IMG/VR virus record: IMGVR_UViG_3300034023_001061
DNA: 64,000 bases
Source of the DNA: an uncultured virus (IMG/VR IMGVR_UViG_3300034023_001061)
Taxonomy: Duplodnaviria; Heunggongvirae; Uroviricota; Caudoviricetes
Direction: 5' to 3' (one strand)
Shown here one piece after another: positions 27,154-35,938 of this stretch (its first letter is position 1; the number at the start of each line of letters is the position of its first letter). The notes beneath the pieces were generated by a model. The model saw only the letters and a list, made by a program, of their open reading frames with translations. It was not told where the DNA came from and made no database searches. Position numbers and translations under genes: made by a program.

Positions 27154-27293
27154 AGTGCCCCTTCTACGCCGCCAGCCCGACGAACCTTACGGCGCCACGT
27201 CGCATTCTCTCGCACCGCCTGTTTTGCGGCGCTTCGGAGAAACCACCGGGCCGACGAAAGAACTGGCGCCGCCGATGCGTAGAAGGGCTCGCC
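27154..27293. promoter_or_regulatory. Divergent promoter pair at the main strand switch
   Basis: Minus: CCGTAAGG-N16-CGTAGAAG; plus: CGAAAG-N17-CGTAGAAG. Confidence 0.7.
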
Positions 27294-27557
27294 ATGAACA
27301 ACGACAACACCGACGAAGCGTTCCGACGTTACGCTGCGATGGAGGCGAACCACGCCCGACGCAATGCCACGCGCGAACTGCGCAACGTGGCCGACGAGGT
27401 GGCGAAGATGCTCGCCGACTGCGAGAGCGGCACGCCGAGCGAAACACGCGCAGAGCACGTTGCCCGCAACGTCGTGAACTCGTTCGCCTGCGCGTGCGTG
27501 GCCTACGGCAAGTGGGCGACCTTCGCCGCGCTGGCGTGGGGGGCGGAGCGACCGTGA
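27294..27557 (+). CDS. Hypothetical protein
   Basis: ATG after promoter motif. Confidence 0.65.
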   Translation: MNNDNTDEAFRRYAAMEANHARRNATRELRNVADEVAKMLADCESGTPSETRAEHVARNVVNSFACACVAYGKWATFAALAWGAERP

Positions 27558-27805
27558 ACCTCACCCTCGACACCGCGGAGCGGCTTGCCCGCGCCGTGGA
27601 TGCTAGCGCGAGGCGCGAGTTCGATCGCGCCGTGTGGGCACACGACAACACCGATCCGCGTTGCGGCGAGTTCATCGCCGCCGCCGTCGCGCACTACCAG
27701 CGCGCCGCAGCCCGCCGCGAGGCAGTGCAGCGCCTCCTGCGTCGCAAAGGCTTCGTGGTCGACTCGCTCCCCACGGGCTTCTACACGATCGTGAGGGCGC
27801 CGTGA
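27554..27805 (+). CDS. Hypothetical protein
   Basis: GTGA overlap. Confidence 0.6.
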   Translation: MNLTLDTAERLARAVDASARREFDRAVWAHDNTDPRCGEFIAAAVAHYQRAAARREAVQRLLRRKGFVVDSLPTGFYTIVRAP

Positions 27806-27837
27806 ATACCGCCGCCGAAGCGCCCGTCTCAGCGGGT

Positions 27838-28236
27838 GTGAACCACGACTGGCAACTGCGAAGCAAGTTCGTGACGGACACCATGATGCGATGCGCCGCG
27901 TGCAAGGCGCTGCGTGTCGAGTACACGAACAGCAAGGGAGGTCGGTTCTACAACTACCGCCGCAAGGGTCACTACAACTGGCACGCGGAGGAACCCGTGT
28001 GCGGGCCGAAACCCGCCGCAGAACCGAAGCCCGCCGCCGTGAAGGCCCTGAACAAGAACGTTTCGCGCGAGGCCGTGGCGGCGGTCGCCGTGGAACTGCG
28101 CCAGCGGGCCGACGAGGCGCACCGCGAAGCCATAGAGGCACGGGATGCGAACGACGACAACAGGGGCGCGGTGTGCGGAGCGCGCTTCGTCGCCTACGCC
28201 ACCGCCGCAGAAGCGATCGAGAGGGTTCTCAAATGA
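27838..28236 (+). CDS. Zinc-binding hypothetical protein
   Basis: HDW...CAACK; GTGAAT-N17-CGTC upstream. Confidence 0.6.
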   Translation: MNHDWQLRSKFVTDTMMRCAACKALRVEYTNSKGGRFYNYRRKGHYNWHAEEPVCGPKPAAEPKPAAVKALNKNVSREAVAAVAVELRQRADEAHREAIEARDANDDNRGAVCGARFVAYATAAEAIERVLK

Positions 28237-28637
28237 GCGAGAAAACGAGCGAAGAGAAGGCCACGGCGCTGCGGGAGCGCATCGAGGCGGCGCTGCGGGC
28301 GCGTGACGCCGCAGTGGCGGTGTTCTCCTACGATGCGCAGGTTACCATGCTCGCGAGCGGGGCCACCGAAATCGACGCGCTTCGCTCCGTGGCGAGCGCA
28401 GTCGGCCTCGACTCCGACGGCAACGACCGCCGCAGCGCCGCGCTCAACGCCGTACGTTCGGCGCTCGGGCACCGCGCGGAGAAGTACGGACGTGACGCCG
28501 ATATCGCAAGCATGGTCCGCGAACTCGTGGCCGAGCGAGACGCCGCAATCGCGGAGGCCACGGCGCTGCGCGACACCCTCTACCGCGCGGTCGGGCAGGC
28601 GTGCCCCGCGTGCGGCTACGTCGCGGTGTGCAAGTGA
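28233..28637 (+). CDS. IExALR-family paralog
   Basis: LRERIEAALRAR...ATEIDALRSVA. Confidence 0.65.
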   Translation: MSEKTSEEKATALRERIEAALRARDAAVAVFSYDAQVTMLASGATEIDALRSVASAVGLDSDGNDRRSAALNAVRSALGHRAEKYGRDADIASMVRELVAERDAAIAEATALRDTLYRAVGQACPACGYVAVCK

Positions 28638-29191
28638 CGCCCGCCGAACTGCGCGGGCGCATCGAGACGGCGCTGCGAGCGCGGCACGCGACCGATGACG
28701 TGAACATCGAGACGACACGGCGTCACTTCGGCGTGCCAGCGTGGGGAGTGGGCGCCGACTGCGGCGACGTGCGGCACCTCGTAGCGGGCGAGAGCGCCAC
28801 CGAACTCGACGCCCTCGCGTCGCTCGCGGTCGCCGTGGGCCTCGACGCCGACGGGACCGATCCGCGCGCCGAGAACGAGCGCCTTCGTGCGGTGCTCGCG
28901 GTGGCGCAATCGTCGCTCGCCGCCGCCGTGCGCGACGAGCGGGTGACGGTGGTCGACGAGGTGGCGCGTCTCACCCGCGAGCGCGACGCCGCGGTAGCCC
29001 GCGCAAACGCCGCCGTCACCGAAGCGGGTGCACTGCGCGCGGCGGCGCGGGAGTACATCGATGCGGTGGCCGATATCGAGCGCGCGGTCACGGGGCCGCG
29101 CACGGGCGCCGCGATCGACTCGGCGGCGATGATCGCGCGCCGCAATGCCGCTCGCGTCGCCCTCGCAGCGATCGCGGGAGGCAAGCCGTGA
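28634..29191 (+). CDS. IExALR-family paralog
   Basis: LRGRIETALRAR...ATELDALASLA. Confidence 0.65.
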   Translation: MTPAELRGRIETALRARHATDDVNIETTRRHFGVPAWGVGADCGDVRHLVAGESATELDALASLAVAVGLDADGTDPRAENERLRAVLAVAQSSLAAAVRDERVTVVDEVARLTRERDAAVARANAAVTEAGALRAAAREYIDAVADIERAVTGPRTGAAIDSAAMIARRNAARVALAAIAGGKP

Positions 29192-29889
29192 GCGCGCTCG
29201 ATGAAACGATCGACCTGCACCCTGCGGTCGCCGAGTGCATCTTGCGGTTGCGGAGCGAACGCAACGCCGCCGTCACCGAAGCGGAGGTACTGCGGTCCGC
29301 AGTGCGGGAGTTCGTCGCGGCGAAGGCGCATCACGATTCCACGGTCGCCGCGCGGCACGACGCGGACGTTTCGGCACTCGAAGAGACCGAAGCCGCGAGG
29401 TACGCGAGTCAAGCAAGGCTCGACGCTCCGCGAGTGCCTCACGGCGATCGCGGGAGGCGCGAAGTGAGCGCGCTCGACGTAGCCACGATCGTCGCCCGTG
29501 CGCTGGCGGCGACGGAGAACGTTCGTGACGACGGCTACCGCATCACGGCGCCCGACGGGACGGTGATCGTCGAGTACAAATACTCGTACCACCGCAACGC
29601 GCAGGCCGACAGCGCGCTGTTCGCTCACGCCCGCGAAGACGTGCTCGCGCTCGCCGATGCGCTGCGGGAGCGCGAATTGCAACTCAACGCGCTGCGGACG
29701 GCGGCACGGGAGTACCTCGCGGCGTGTGTCTCCGTTGAGACGACGATCGAGACGTTCAAGAGGCACGTCGCCGCTGGCGACCCCGATGCCGCTCGCGCGA
29801 GCATGAGGGACGGCGCCGCTGCGATCCAGCGCGCCGACGCCTTGCACGCGACGCTCACGGCACTCGCAGCGGAGGTGCCCCGTGGCTGA
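29188..29889 (+). CDS. Hypothetical; probably two genes (29188-29467, 29464-29889) fused by a frameshift
   Basis: Second VSALD start with RBS at 29464; AIAGGAK-stop in alternate frame. Confidence 0.55.
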   Translation: MSALDETIDLHPAVAECILRLRSERNAAVTEAEVLRSAVREFVAAKAHHDSTVAARHDADVSALEETEAARYASQARLDAPRVPHGDRGRREVSALDVATIVARALAATENVRDDGYRITAPDGTVIVEYKYSYHRNAQADSALFAHAREDVLALADALRERELQLNALRTAAREYLAACVSVETTIETFKRHVAAGDPDAARASMRDGAAAIQRADALHATLTALAAEVPRG

Positions 29890-30361
29890 ACACCCGAACG
29901 AAGAACTGCGGCAACGCATCGAAACGGCGCTCAAGTCGCGCGCCGCCGATGCCGAAGTCTGCATACGCCCCGAGACGGACGATTGGTACGGGCGGCAAGA
30001 TCCGTTCGCCGTCGCGATGTGGAACGCGGTCGAGTTCTTCGCCAGCGCAGCGACCGAGACCGACGCGCTGCGCGAACTGGCGAAGGCCGCGGGGCTCGCC
30101 GAAATCGAACGTCTCCGCGCGGAACTCGCAGCCCTTCGTGCCGCCCGAGAAGACGCGCTCGACGCTGCGTTCAACGACGGCGTGAACGCGATGAAGGCGC
30201 TTGCCATCAAGGCGTGCAACGTGGTGTCGGACACGCACGGCCCCGACCCGAAGCGCCAGCGGTGGCCCGCGCAAGTCGGGGCGCTCGACACGCGAGCAAC
30301 GATCAAGGCGTGGCCCGTGCCGAAGCGCGGCGAGCCCGTCGTAGAGGAGGAGGAATCGTGA
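29882..30361 (+). CDS. IExALR-family paralog
   Basis: LRQRIETALKSR...ATETDALRELA. Confidence 0.65.
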   Translation: MAEHPNEELRQRIETALKSRAADAEVCIRPETDDWYGRQDPFAVAMWNAVEFFASAATETDALRELAKAAGLAEIERLRAELAALRAAREDALDAAFNDGVNAMKALAIKACNVVSDTHGPDPKRQRWPAQVGALDTRATIKAWPVPKRGEPVVEEEES

Positions 30362-30708
30362 CGCGAAGAGCGCAGACGACGAAGGAACGGGCGACGGAGT
30401 ACATCCGCGCCGCGTTCGGAGAGTGCGGGATTCACGAGTCGGAACCGAACGAGTTGGGAATCGTTCGTGTGATTCTTTTCAGGTCCGAGTCTCGCAGATG
30501 GAGCGAGTCCGTGGTGAACGTCACCGGCAAGGGAGTAAACGAGGCGTGGGAGAAGGCCATGCGCCGAGCCCGCGTGGTCGCCGAAGCGCAGATCCCTCAC
30601 TTCGACGCGAGGATCGCGCAGGCCGAAATCGCCGCCGACCGCGAACGTGCCGCGCGACTGCGACTCTTCGACGTGCTCAACTCCGACGGCACCACGGAGG
30701 CGACGTGA
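30358..30708 (+). CDS. Hypothetical protein
   Basis: RBS GGAGG, overlap chain. Confidence 0.6.
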   Translation: MTRRAQTTKERATEYIRAAFGECGIHESEPNELGIVRVILFRSESRRWSESVVNVTGKGVNEAWEKAMRRARVVAEAQIPHFDARIAQAEIAADRERAARLRLFDVLNSDGTTEAT

Positions 30709-31040
30709 CGACCGAAACCGAACGCCTCAAGCGCGAACTGGCCGACGCGCTGGCAGTGGTCTACCACTCCGCCGCGAAGTGCGACGTGTGCCGCGAGTAC
30801 GTCGCTACGCGCGCGGGATACGACGATATCCGCGGGTGGATCGTGTGCGATCGAGCCGACTGCGGCGAACCGATCGAGTGCGTCGCGAGCAATACGCCGC
30901 ACGACCCGCCGCAAGGCCATCGCGCAGCATCGTGCGCGTGGTGCGGGAGCACGCGCCGCGTGCCACGGTCGCCATCATGGCAAGAGCTCCCGCACGCCGC
31001 GACACTCCGCGCGGCGAACGCTGCGCACGGTGCGCCGTGA
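30705..31040 (+). CDS. Cys-rich hypothetical protein
   Basis: CDVC, CDRADC, CAWC. Confidence 0.6.
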   Translation: MTTETERLKRELADALAVVYHSAAKCDVCREYVATRAGYDDIRGWIVCDRADCGEPIECVASNTPHDPPQGHRAASCAWCGSTRRVPRSPSWQELPHAATLRAANAAHGAP

Positions 31041-31214
31041 CTCGCCGCGAACGTCGCGCCGCGACCCGAGCGGTGGCCCACGCATGGCGCCCGCGATGCG
31101 TCGGCACCAGCGTTCGGTGGCCCGCGTGCCGCCCTGCGCGGCTCCGGTGCTCCGCCGACTGGCGCGCGAAGAGACGGGTGTACCTCCCGCGGTTCTTCTG
31201 CCGGAGGGCGCCCG

Positions 31215-31445
31215 GTGAGTAGGTGCGCCGAAACGTTCGCGTGGTGCTCGGAGACTACGGCGCTCACGTTCGACCCCGAGGAGCGGCGCCGCGAGAAGCA
31301 AGCGTCGCGCGACGAGGATGCCCGCCGACTCGCCGCGGGCGAAGTGACGCCAGCGCAACTGGCCCGCGAGAACAGCCCGTTCTCGGGGCTCGTCGGCGTG
31401 CCCGATTACTCGCGCGTCGGACTCCCACGATACCGCCGCCCGTGA
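31215..31445 (+). CDS. Small hypothetical protein
   Basis: RBS GGAGGG; KQASRDEDARRLAAGE. Confidence 0.55.
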   Translation: MSRCAETFAWCSETTALTFDPEERRREKQASRDEDARRLAAGEVTPAQLARENSPFSGLVGVPDYSRVGLPRYRRP

Positions 31446-31470
31446 CAACGGTGCGGGGCGTGATTACGCT
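31442..31470 (+). promoter_or_regulatory. Sigma70-like leaderless promoter
   Basis: GTGACA-N17-TACGCT-N6-ATG; near-identical to 25053-25077. Confidence 0.6.
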
Positions 31471-31476
31471 GCGCGC

Positions 31477-31716
31477 ATGAACTCACGACTCGACTCGCTC
31501 CTATCGACGGTTCTCCGTCACGCCGACAACGCCCCCACGTTCGCGCAGCGCATCGCGTGGACGATGCTCGCCCGCGGCATCGCCGCGCAGGCCGACGCCG
31601 CCGACTCACGGCGTTACGCGGTGGATCGGTTCGTCGCGGGGGTGATCGCGCCCGCCGTCACGATGGCGTATGCGTTCCGCACGGAGCATTCCGCGCCGTC
31701 GCCGATGGCGAACTGA
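31477..31716 (+). CDS. Hypothetical protein
   Basis: ATG 6 nt after -10 box. Confidence 0.6.
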   Translation: MNSRLDSLLSTVLRHADNAPTFAQRIAWTMLARGIAAQADAADSRRYAVDRFVAGVIAPAVTMAYAFRTEHSAPSPMAN

Positions 31717-31747
31717 ATACGCCGCACGTCGCCTCCGTCGAAGCGGC

Positions 31748-32212
31748 ATGGGAAACAAGCTGGTGTGGCGCAAGCCCACGCTGCAACTGATCGGCGAAGG
31801 GGCGCCGAGGCCAGAGCGCATCGACGCGCACGACGAAGATCCGCGTACGATGAAGATGTACGTCTACCTCGACGTGAATCACGCGGCTCGTATGCGCATC
31901 CACGATGCGAACGCCACGGTGCGCGGTGCCTACCGCGGCGACGTCGAGAAGCACCTCCCCACGCGGACGTACACGATCGACATCGACTACCCGCTGCACA
32001 CGAAGGCGCGAGTCACGGTGTACCCGTTCCGCGACGCGCGAGGCACGGAGCACGTTACCGTCGGCTACTTGCTCGCGATGCTCGGGCGGACGTACAGGCG
32101 CATCTACCGCGAGCCGCAGAAGTTCGGCGTGTGGGGCCACGGCATCGGCGACCTCACGTTCGCGAAGATCGAAGTGTGCGACAACATCATCAACATCGGA
32201 GTTGACTCGTGA
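31748..32212 (+). CDS. Hypothetical protein with IDYPL / GVWGHGIGDL motifs
   Basis: CTGAAT-N17-CGTCGAAG upstream. Confidence 0.75.
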   Translation: MGNKLVWRKPTLQLIGEGAPRPERIDAHDEDPRTMKMYVYLDVNHAARMRIHDANATVRGAYRGDVEKHLPTRTYTIDIDYPLHTKARVTVYPFRDARGTEHVTVGYLLAMLGRTYRRIYREPQKFGVWGHGIGDLTFAKIEVCDNIINIGVDS

Positions 32213-32487
32213 CGTACAACCACCACGCGCCGCGGTCGCCGCGCGAAACCGCGTACCTGATGATCCAGCACCGCGTCGTCGATGGCGTGCCGACGACGGC
32301 GAACGTCCGCATCCTCTCGACGAACAACCCCGCCACGATCGGCGACGTGTTCTGGACGTGCGTGACGACGGCAGACGGCACCACGTTTCAGCAGGCGCAC
32401 GAAGCCATGATCCGGCACGTTCGCACGGCGCGGTGGCTCGCGTGGGCGGTGCCTTACATCGAGAGGGAATATGCCAACGTTCTCTGA
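32209..32487 (+). CDS. Hypothetical protein
   Basis: Overlap chain. Confidence 0.6.
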   Translation: MTYNHHAPRSPRETAYLMIQHRVVDGVPTTANVRILSTNNPATIGDVFWTCVTTADGTTFQQAHEAMIRHVRTARWLAWAVPYIEREYANVL

Positions 32488-32761
32488 CCTCGCTCGCGTG
32501 GCATCGTTCAATCTCGTCGGCAGGATGGTGGCCGCGCTCGACCAGCACGGCAGCAAGATCGCGGCGCTCCGCGACGAACTGGAACGCGAGCGGGACCGCC
32601 GCGTCGCCGCAGAAGAGGCGCTCGACGCCGCGAACGCTCGCGCCGAGGCGAGGCTCGACGTGGTGAGGCGCGCACTGAAGCTCGCGCCGAGCGGCGTGAT
32701 CGAACGCGCGCTCGACAACGTTCTCGAAGACATCGAAGCGATCGTGGCGGAGCGACGATGA
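32471..32761 (+). CDS. Coiled-coil hypothetical protein
   Basis: RBS GAGGG. Confidence 0.6.
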   Translation: MPTFSDLARVASFNLVGRMVAALDQHGSKIAALRDELERERDRRVAAEEALDAANARAEARLDVVRRALKLAPSGVIERALDNVLEDIEAIVAERR

Positions 32762-33144
32762 AAACCAACGACGAAGAAGTCGCCGAAATCGTCGCCGAGA
32801 TCACCCGGTTCGCGAACGCGTACGACGAGTGCGATCGTGTCACCGCCACGACGATCGCGCTGGCCGAAACGTGGTTGAAGTTCGCGATCGCCGTGACGCC
32901 GCAAGGCGCATGGAAACGCCCTCACGCGTCGCCTTCCGCGTGCCAAGAGGTGATCGTGGAGTGGCACAACAGCGCACGGCAAGTAACGCTGTTCATCGAC
33001 GACGAAGGCGCGCAATACGTCAAGTCGTGGGGCGCCAACATCAACGATGAAATGGAGGATGGCGAATTGACGCAGGATGGCCTCGTCGGGCTCCTCCGGT
33101 GGCTGCGAGGTGACGATGAAAACGAAGCGCCGACTCGCTCGTGA
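32758..33144 (+). CDS. Hypothetical protein
   Basis: ATGA overlap; EVIVEWHN..YVKSWG. Confidence 0.65.
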   Translation: MKTNDEEVAEIVAEITRFANAYDECDRVTATTIALAETWLKFAIAVTPQGAWKRPHASPSACQEVIVEWHNSARQVTLFIDDEGAQYVKSWGANINDEMEDGELTQDGLVGLLRWLRGDDENEAPTRS

Positions 33145-33397
33145 CAACGATCGGCTCCGAGCGGAGGTGAAGCGCCTCGCCGGGTTTCGCGACGCCGTGT
33201 TTGAGACGCTCGACGCCGAGAGCGAAGAAGGCTTCGACTGCGACGCGAACACCGCCTTGCCCGCCGAGCAACGGCATCAAGGCTTCGTCGCGGCGATGGC
33301 ACTCGCGACGGTCGCCATGAAGTTGCAACGTTTCCTCTCGCCGCGGGAGCGACGCGCGCGGCGGGAGTCGATCGTCGCGAAGTCGGGCACCCCGTGA
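33116..33397 (+). CDS. Hypothetical protein
   Basis: RBS GAGG. Confidence 0.55.
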   Translation: MKTKRRLARDNDRLRAEVKRLAGFRDAVFETLDAESEEGFDCDANTALPAEQRHQGFVAAMALATVAMKLQRFLSPRERRARRESIVAKSGTP

Positions 33398-33756
33398 CCC
33401 TCCTCAACGGCATCGCCACGGTGGCCGACTTCGCCTCGCACAACCTGCGTGACCGGCGCCGCAGTCACGCGTGGCTGCGCGACAAGGCCACCGGCTACCG
33501 CGTCGTGTGATTGCGCGAGCCGTTGCCCGTCAACCTCGCCCGCAAGGCGTCGCGGGCGCTCGCACGGCCCGTCGAGGCGCCCACGTACACCGTTCGCGCG
33601 GGCTGGTGGCACTTCACCGACGGGCGGCGCCTTCTGGTGGCGTTGCCGCGCAATCACGCGCAGGCGTTCGCGGAGTTCATCGGCGCCGTGCCCGCGCCGG
33701 AGAAATCGACGGGGGCGGAGAAGAATTGCGGAGCGGCGGACGTAGAACCGGCATGA
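33394..33756 (+). pseudogene. ORF with in-frame TGA at 33508-33510
   Basis: Same frame open on both sides; GTGA and ATGA overlaps at the ends. Confidence 0.5.
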
Positions 33757-34280
33757 GCAACTACGAAGCAGGCTACCGCCGAACGGTGAACGCTTACGAC
33801 GAAGCGCGACGTTCACTGCTCGACCTCGCCGCACACGCGATCCGCGAGGCGTTCATCGTGTCGCCCGCTGGGCTGCAACTCGCGCTCTCGCTCACCCGCG
33901 TCGGCGAGCGGCAACGCTTGTACGACGCGCTCCCGATGATCGTCGCGGACGTTCGGCTCCCGTGGCTTGTGGGCGCCCTCACGGGCATTCACGGTGCGCT
34001 CACGACGTTCGAGAAACGCCAGTACGACGCCGACGACAAGGTGGCGTCGCTCGCCGCCGCGCTCAACAAGGTGCACGCGAACGTCGCCGCCACCATCCTT
34101 CGCTGCCCTCGCGTCGAAGGCGTCGTGATCCTTCGGAACGTCAACACGAACTTGTGCGCCTGCGGCGTGCAGAAGCGTGCCGGGAAAACGTTCGTCGAGT
34201 ACGAGACGGTCGGCGCGACCGCGCAAGGCAACGTTCGCGTGGTGACGCGCGGCGACACGGAGTGGGCGGTGCTCCCGTGA
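33753..34280 (+). CDS. Hypothetical protein
   Basis: AAATCG..GAGAAG-N17-CGTAGAAC upstream. Confidence 0.65.
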   Translation: MSNYEAGYRRTVNAYDEARRSLLDLAAHAIREAFIVSPAGLQLALSLTRVGERQRLYDALPMIVADVRLPWLVGALTGIHGALTTFEKRQYDADDKVASLAAALNKVHANVAATILRCPRVEGVVILRNVNTNLCACGVQKRAGKTFVEYETVGATAQGNVRVVTRGDTEWAVLP

Positions 34281-34558
34281 GCGCTGCACCGACTCGCGAG
34301 GCTGTTCACGAGATTCTCGTGAGCGCGTTCACGCCAGCCGAAGAACTCCCGCGCAAGCGTGGCGTCACGGCTGGTTTCCAAGTGTTCGGTGCCGACGCGG
34401 AGGGCATGTCGGTGGCGTACTACGCGGGCTCCGCGGAGCGCCGTGGTATCGGCGGGACACCGCAGAATCACCTTCACGCTGCCTACGCTGACCTTCTGGC
34501 AACGTATTACACGGTCGAGTGGCGCATCGGTTCGTTGCGCGTGACGGTGAAGCGGTGA
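34277..34558 (+). CDS. Hypothetical protein
   Basis: Overlap chain. Confidence 0.6.
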   Translation: MSAAPTREAVHEILVSAFTPAEELPRKRGVTAGFQVFGADAEGMSVAYYAGSAERRGIGGTPQNHLHAAYADLLATYYTVEWRIGSLRVTVKR

Positions 34559-34764
34559 TCGTCGTGCTCAAGAGCATGCGGTGCCCGTTCTGCGGCGGTC
34601 GCGTGTGCTCGCTCGACGTCGCCGACGACTCGCTCGCGCACACGGACCCGGCGTGCGTGGTGTACGTCGATTTGCCGCGCGAGACGTACCTGCGCATGTT
34701 CTTCCGCGGGCGCACGCCGCTCCGTGCGGCATCGGTCACGTCAACGATCGCAGGCGACTCGTGA
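34555..34764 (+). CDS. Small zinc-binding protein
   Basis: CPFCGG...HTDPAC. Confidence 0.55.
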   Translation: MIVVLKSMRCPFCGGRVCSLDVADDSLAHTDPACVVYVDLPRETYLRMFFRGRTPLRAASVTSTIAGDS

Positions 34765-35159
34765 AGCGCCAGCGCGTCGTAGCTGCGATCGAGAAGTCGC
34801 AGCGATATCTCGGGATCGAGTACAACCGCGCGAAGGTCCGCGTGCACGTTTCCGCGCCTATCGTGACCGCTGCGGAGTGCGTGGAAATGAGGTGGCGCGA
34901 GTGGGGCATCAAGGACGCGAGGCGCGGGCGATGGCGCGACGGCGGGCAAGTCGTCGAGTTCCTGTTCAAGACCTTCAATCGTGGCGACACGCTGCACCAC
35001 GCGGCGTTTCTCGTGGCGTGGATCAAGGGCATCAAGTGCCGCGGAGCGAACGTGCGGTTGCTCAACGCGGCGGCGCTACCGATGCACGCGCTCCGCTCGA
35101 TTTGGCGCGCGAGGCGCCTGCGGGAACAGCGGGCGAAACAATCGGCGGGGCGGGCGTAA
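34761..35159 (+). CDS. Basic hypothetical protein
   Basis: Overlap chain. Confidence 0.6.
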   Translation: MKRQRVVAAIEKSQRYLGIEYNRAKVRVHVSAPIVTAAECVEMRWREWGIKDARRGRWRDGGQVVEFLFKTFNRGDTLHHAAFLVAWIKGIKCRGANVRLLNAAALPMHALRSIWRARRLREQRAKQSAGRA

Positions 35160-35192
35160 GGTCGGCGACGCGAGAGGCGTACAAGGGGCACT
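35140..35192 (+). promoter_or_regulatory. ECF-like promoter motif
   Basis: AATCGG..GCGTAAGG-N16-CGTACAAGGGGCACT-ATG. Confidence 0.75.
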
Positions 35193-35363
35193 ATGAACGC
35201 CCGCAACACGCATCCCGATCACGCTCTCGTCGCCTGCGAGTCGCTCCCGAACAGCCAGTGGCGCATCGAGTATGGCCCGCGGTGCCTCCCGCGCCCGTGC
35301 CGCCACCCGAAGCACGGCATCAAGGGCTGCGGGTGTGGCGCTGCGACGTGCCGACCCGCCTGA
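35193..35363 (+). CDS. 56-aa Cys-rich peptide (below ORF track cutoff)
   Basis: ATG immediately after a clear promoter motif copy. Confidence 0.5.
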   Translation: MNARNTHPDHALVACESLPNSQWRIEYGPRCLPRPCRHPKHGIKGCGCGAATCRPA

Positions 35364-35388
35364 AACGATACGCAATCAAGGGGCCACT

Positions 35389-35667
35389 ATGAACACCGAC
35401 GAAATCAACGAAGAGGCGCTCGCGACGCTGCACGAACTCGCGGAGGGTCTCCCACGCTGCAAGCGATGCGGCGCGCTGGCGATCGGCGAGTTCGCCGGTT
35501 CGCGCCGCGTGATCGGACGCAAGGCGTACGGCGAGAACTGGACGCCGTACTGCGAGTGCCACCCGATGGGCGAGGGCGTGCTCACGCGCATGTTCGCCTA
35601 CCACCGCGCCGCGGAGCGGTACAACCGCGCTACGGCGGCGATGAAGGAGATGCCGCGTGGATCGTGA
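35389..35667 (+). CDS. Zinc-finger hypothetical protein
   Basis: LPRCKRCG...YCECH; similar to 39912-40196. Confidence 0.6.
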   Translation: MNTDEINEEALATLHELAEGLPRCKRCGALAIGEFAGSRRVIGRKAYGENWTPYCECHPMGEGVLTRMFAYHRAAERYNRATAAMKEMPRGS

Positions 35668-35938
35668 AGCAGTAGTGGCCTACCTCGCGTCGCTCACCGA
35701 CGAGGAGAGCAAGGCCGTGTTCGTCGAGTCCGACCATCGGCGCTACCCGTTTCACCGTCGCCGATGGTCGAGCGGCGAAGTGTTCTGCGCGCGCCTCGTC
35801 GGCGAGCACGCGACGGCGTACGAGATCGACAACTGCGACGACGTGACGCTTGCGATGGAGAACGTCGTGAAGTTCGGTCGCCCAGGCAGCGAAGAGGATC
35901 GCTACTGGGTCGACGATCACTCGACGCGCATCGACTAG
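35657..35938 (+). CDS. Hypothetical protein
   Basis: RBS AAGGAG. Confidence 0.6.
   Translation: MDREAVVAYLASLTDEESKAVFVESDHRRYPFHRRRWSSGEVFCARLVGEHATAYEIDNCDDVTLAMENVVKFGRPGSEEDRYWVDDHSTRID

Noticed and set aside
26357..27293. Regularly recurring motif suggesting CRISPR repeats or integron attC sites
   Set aside because: Bipartite with variable spacer, fixed distance to ATG and no palindrome, which fits promoters.
28723..30600. 625-aa minus-strand ORF
   Set aside because: Shadow of the coupled plus-strand gene chain.
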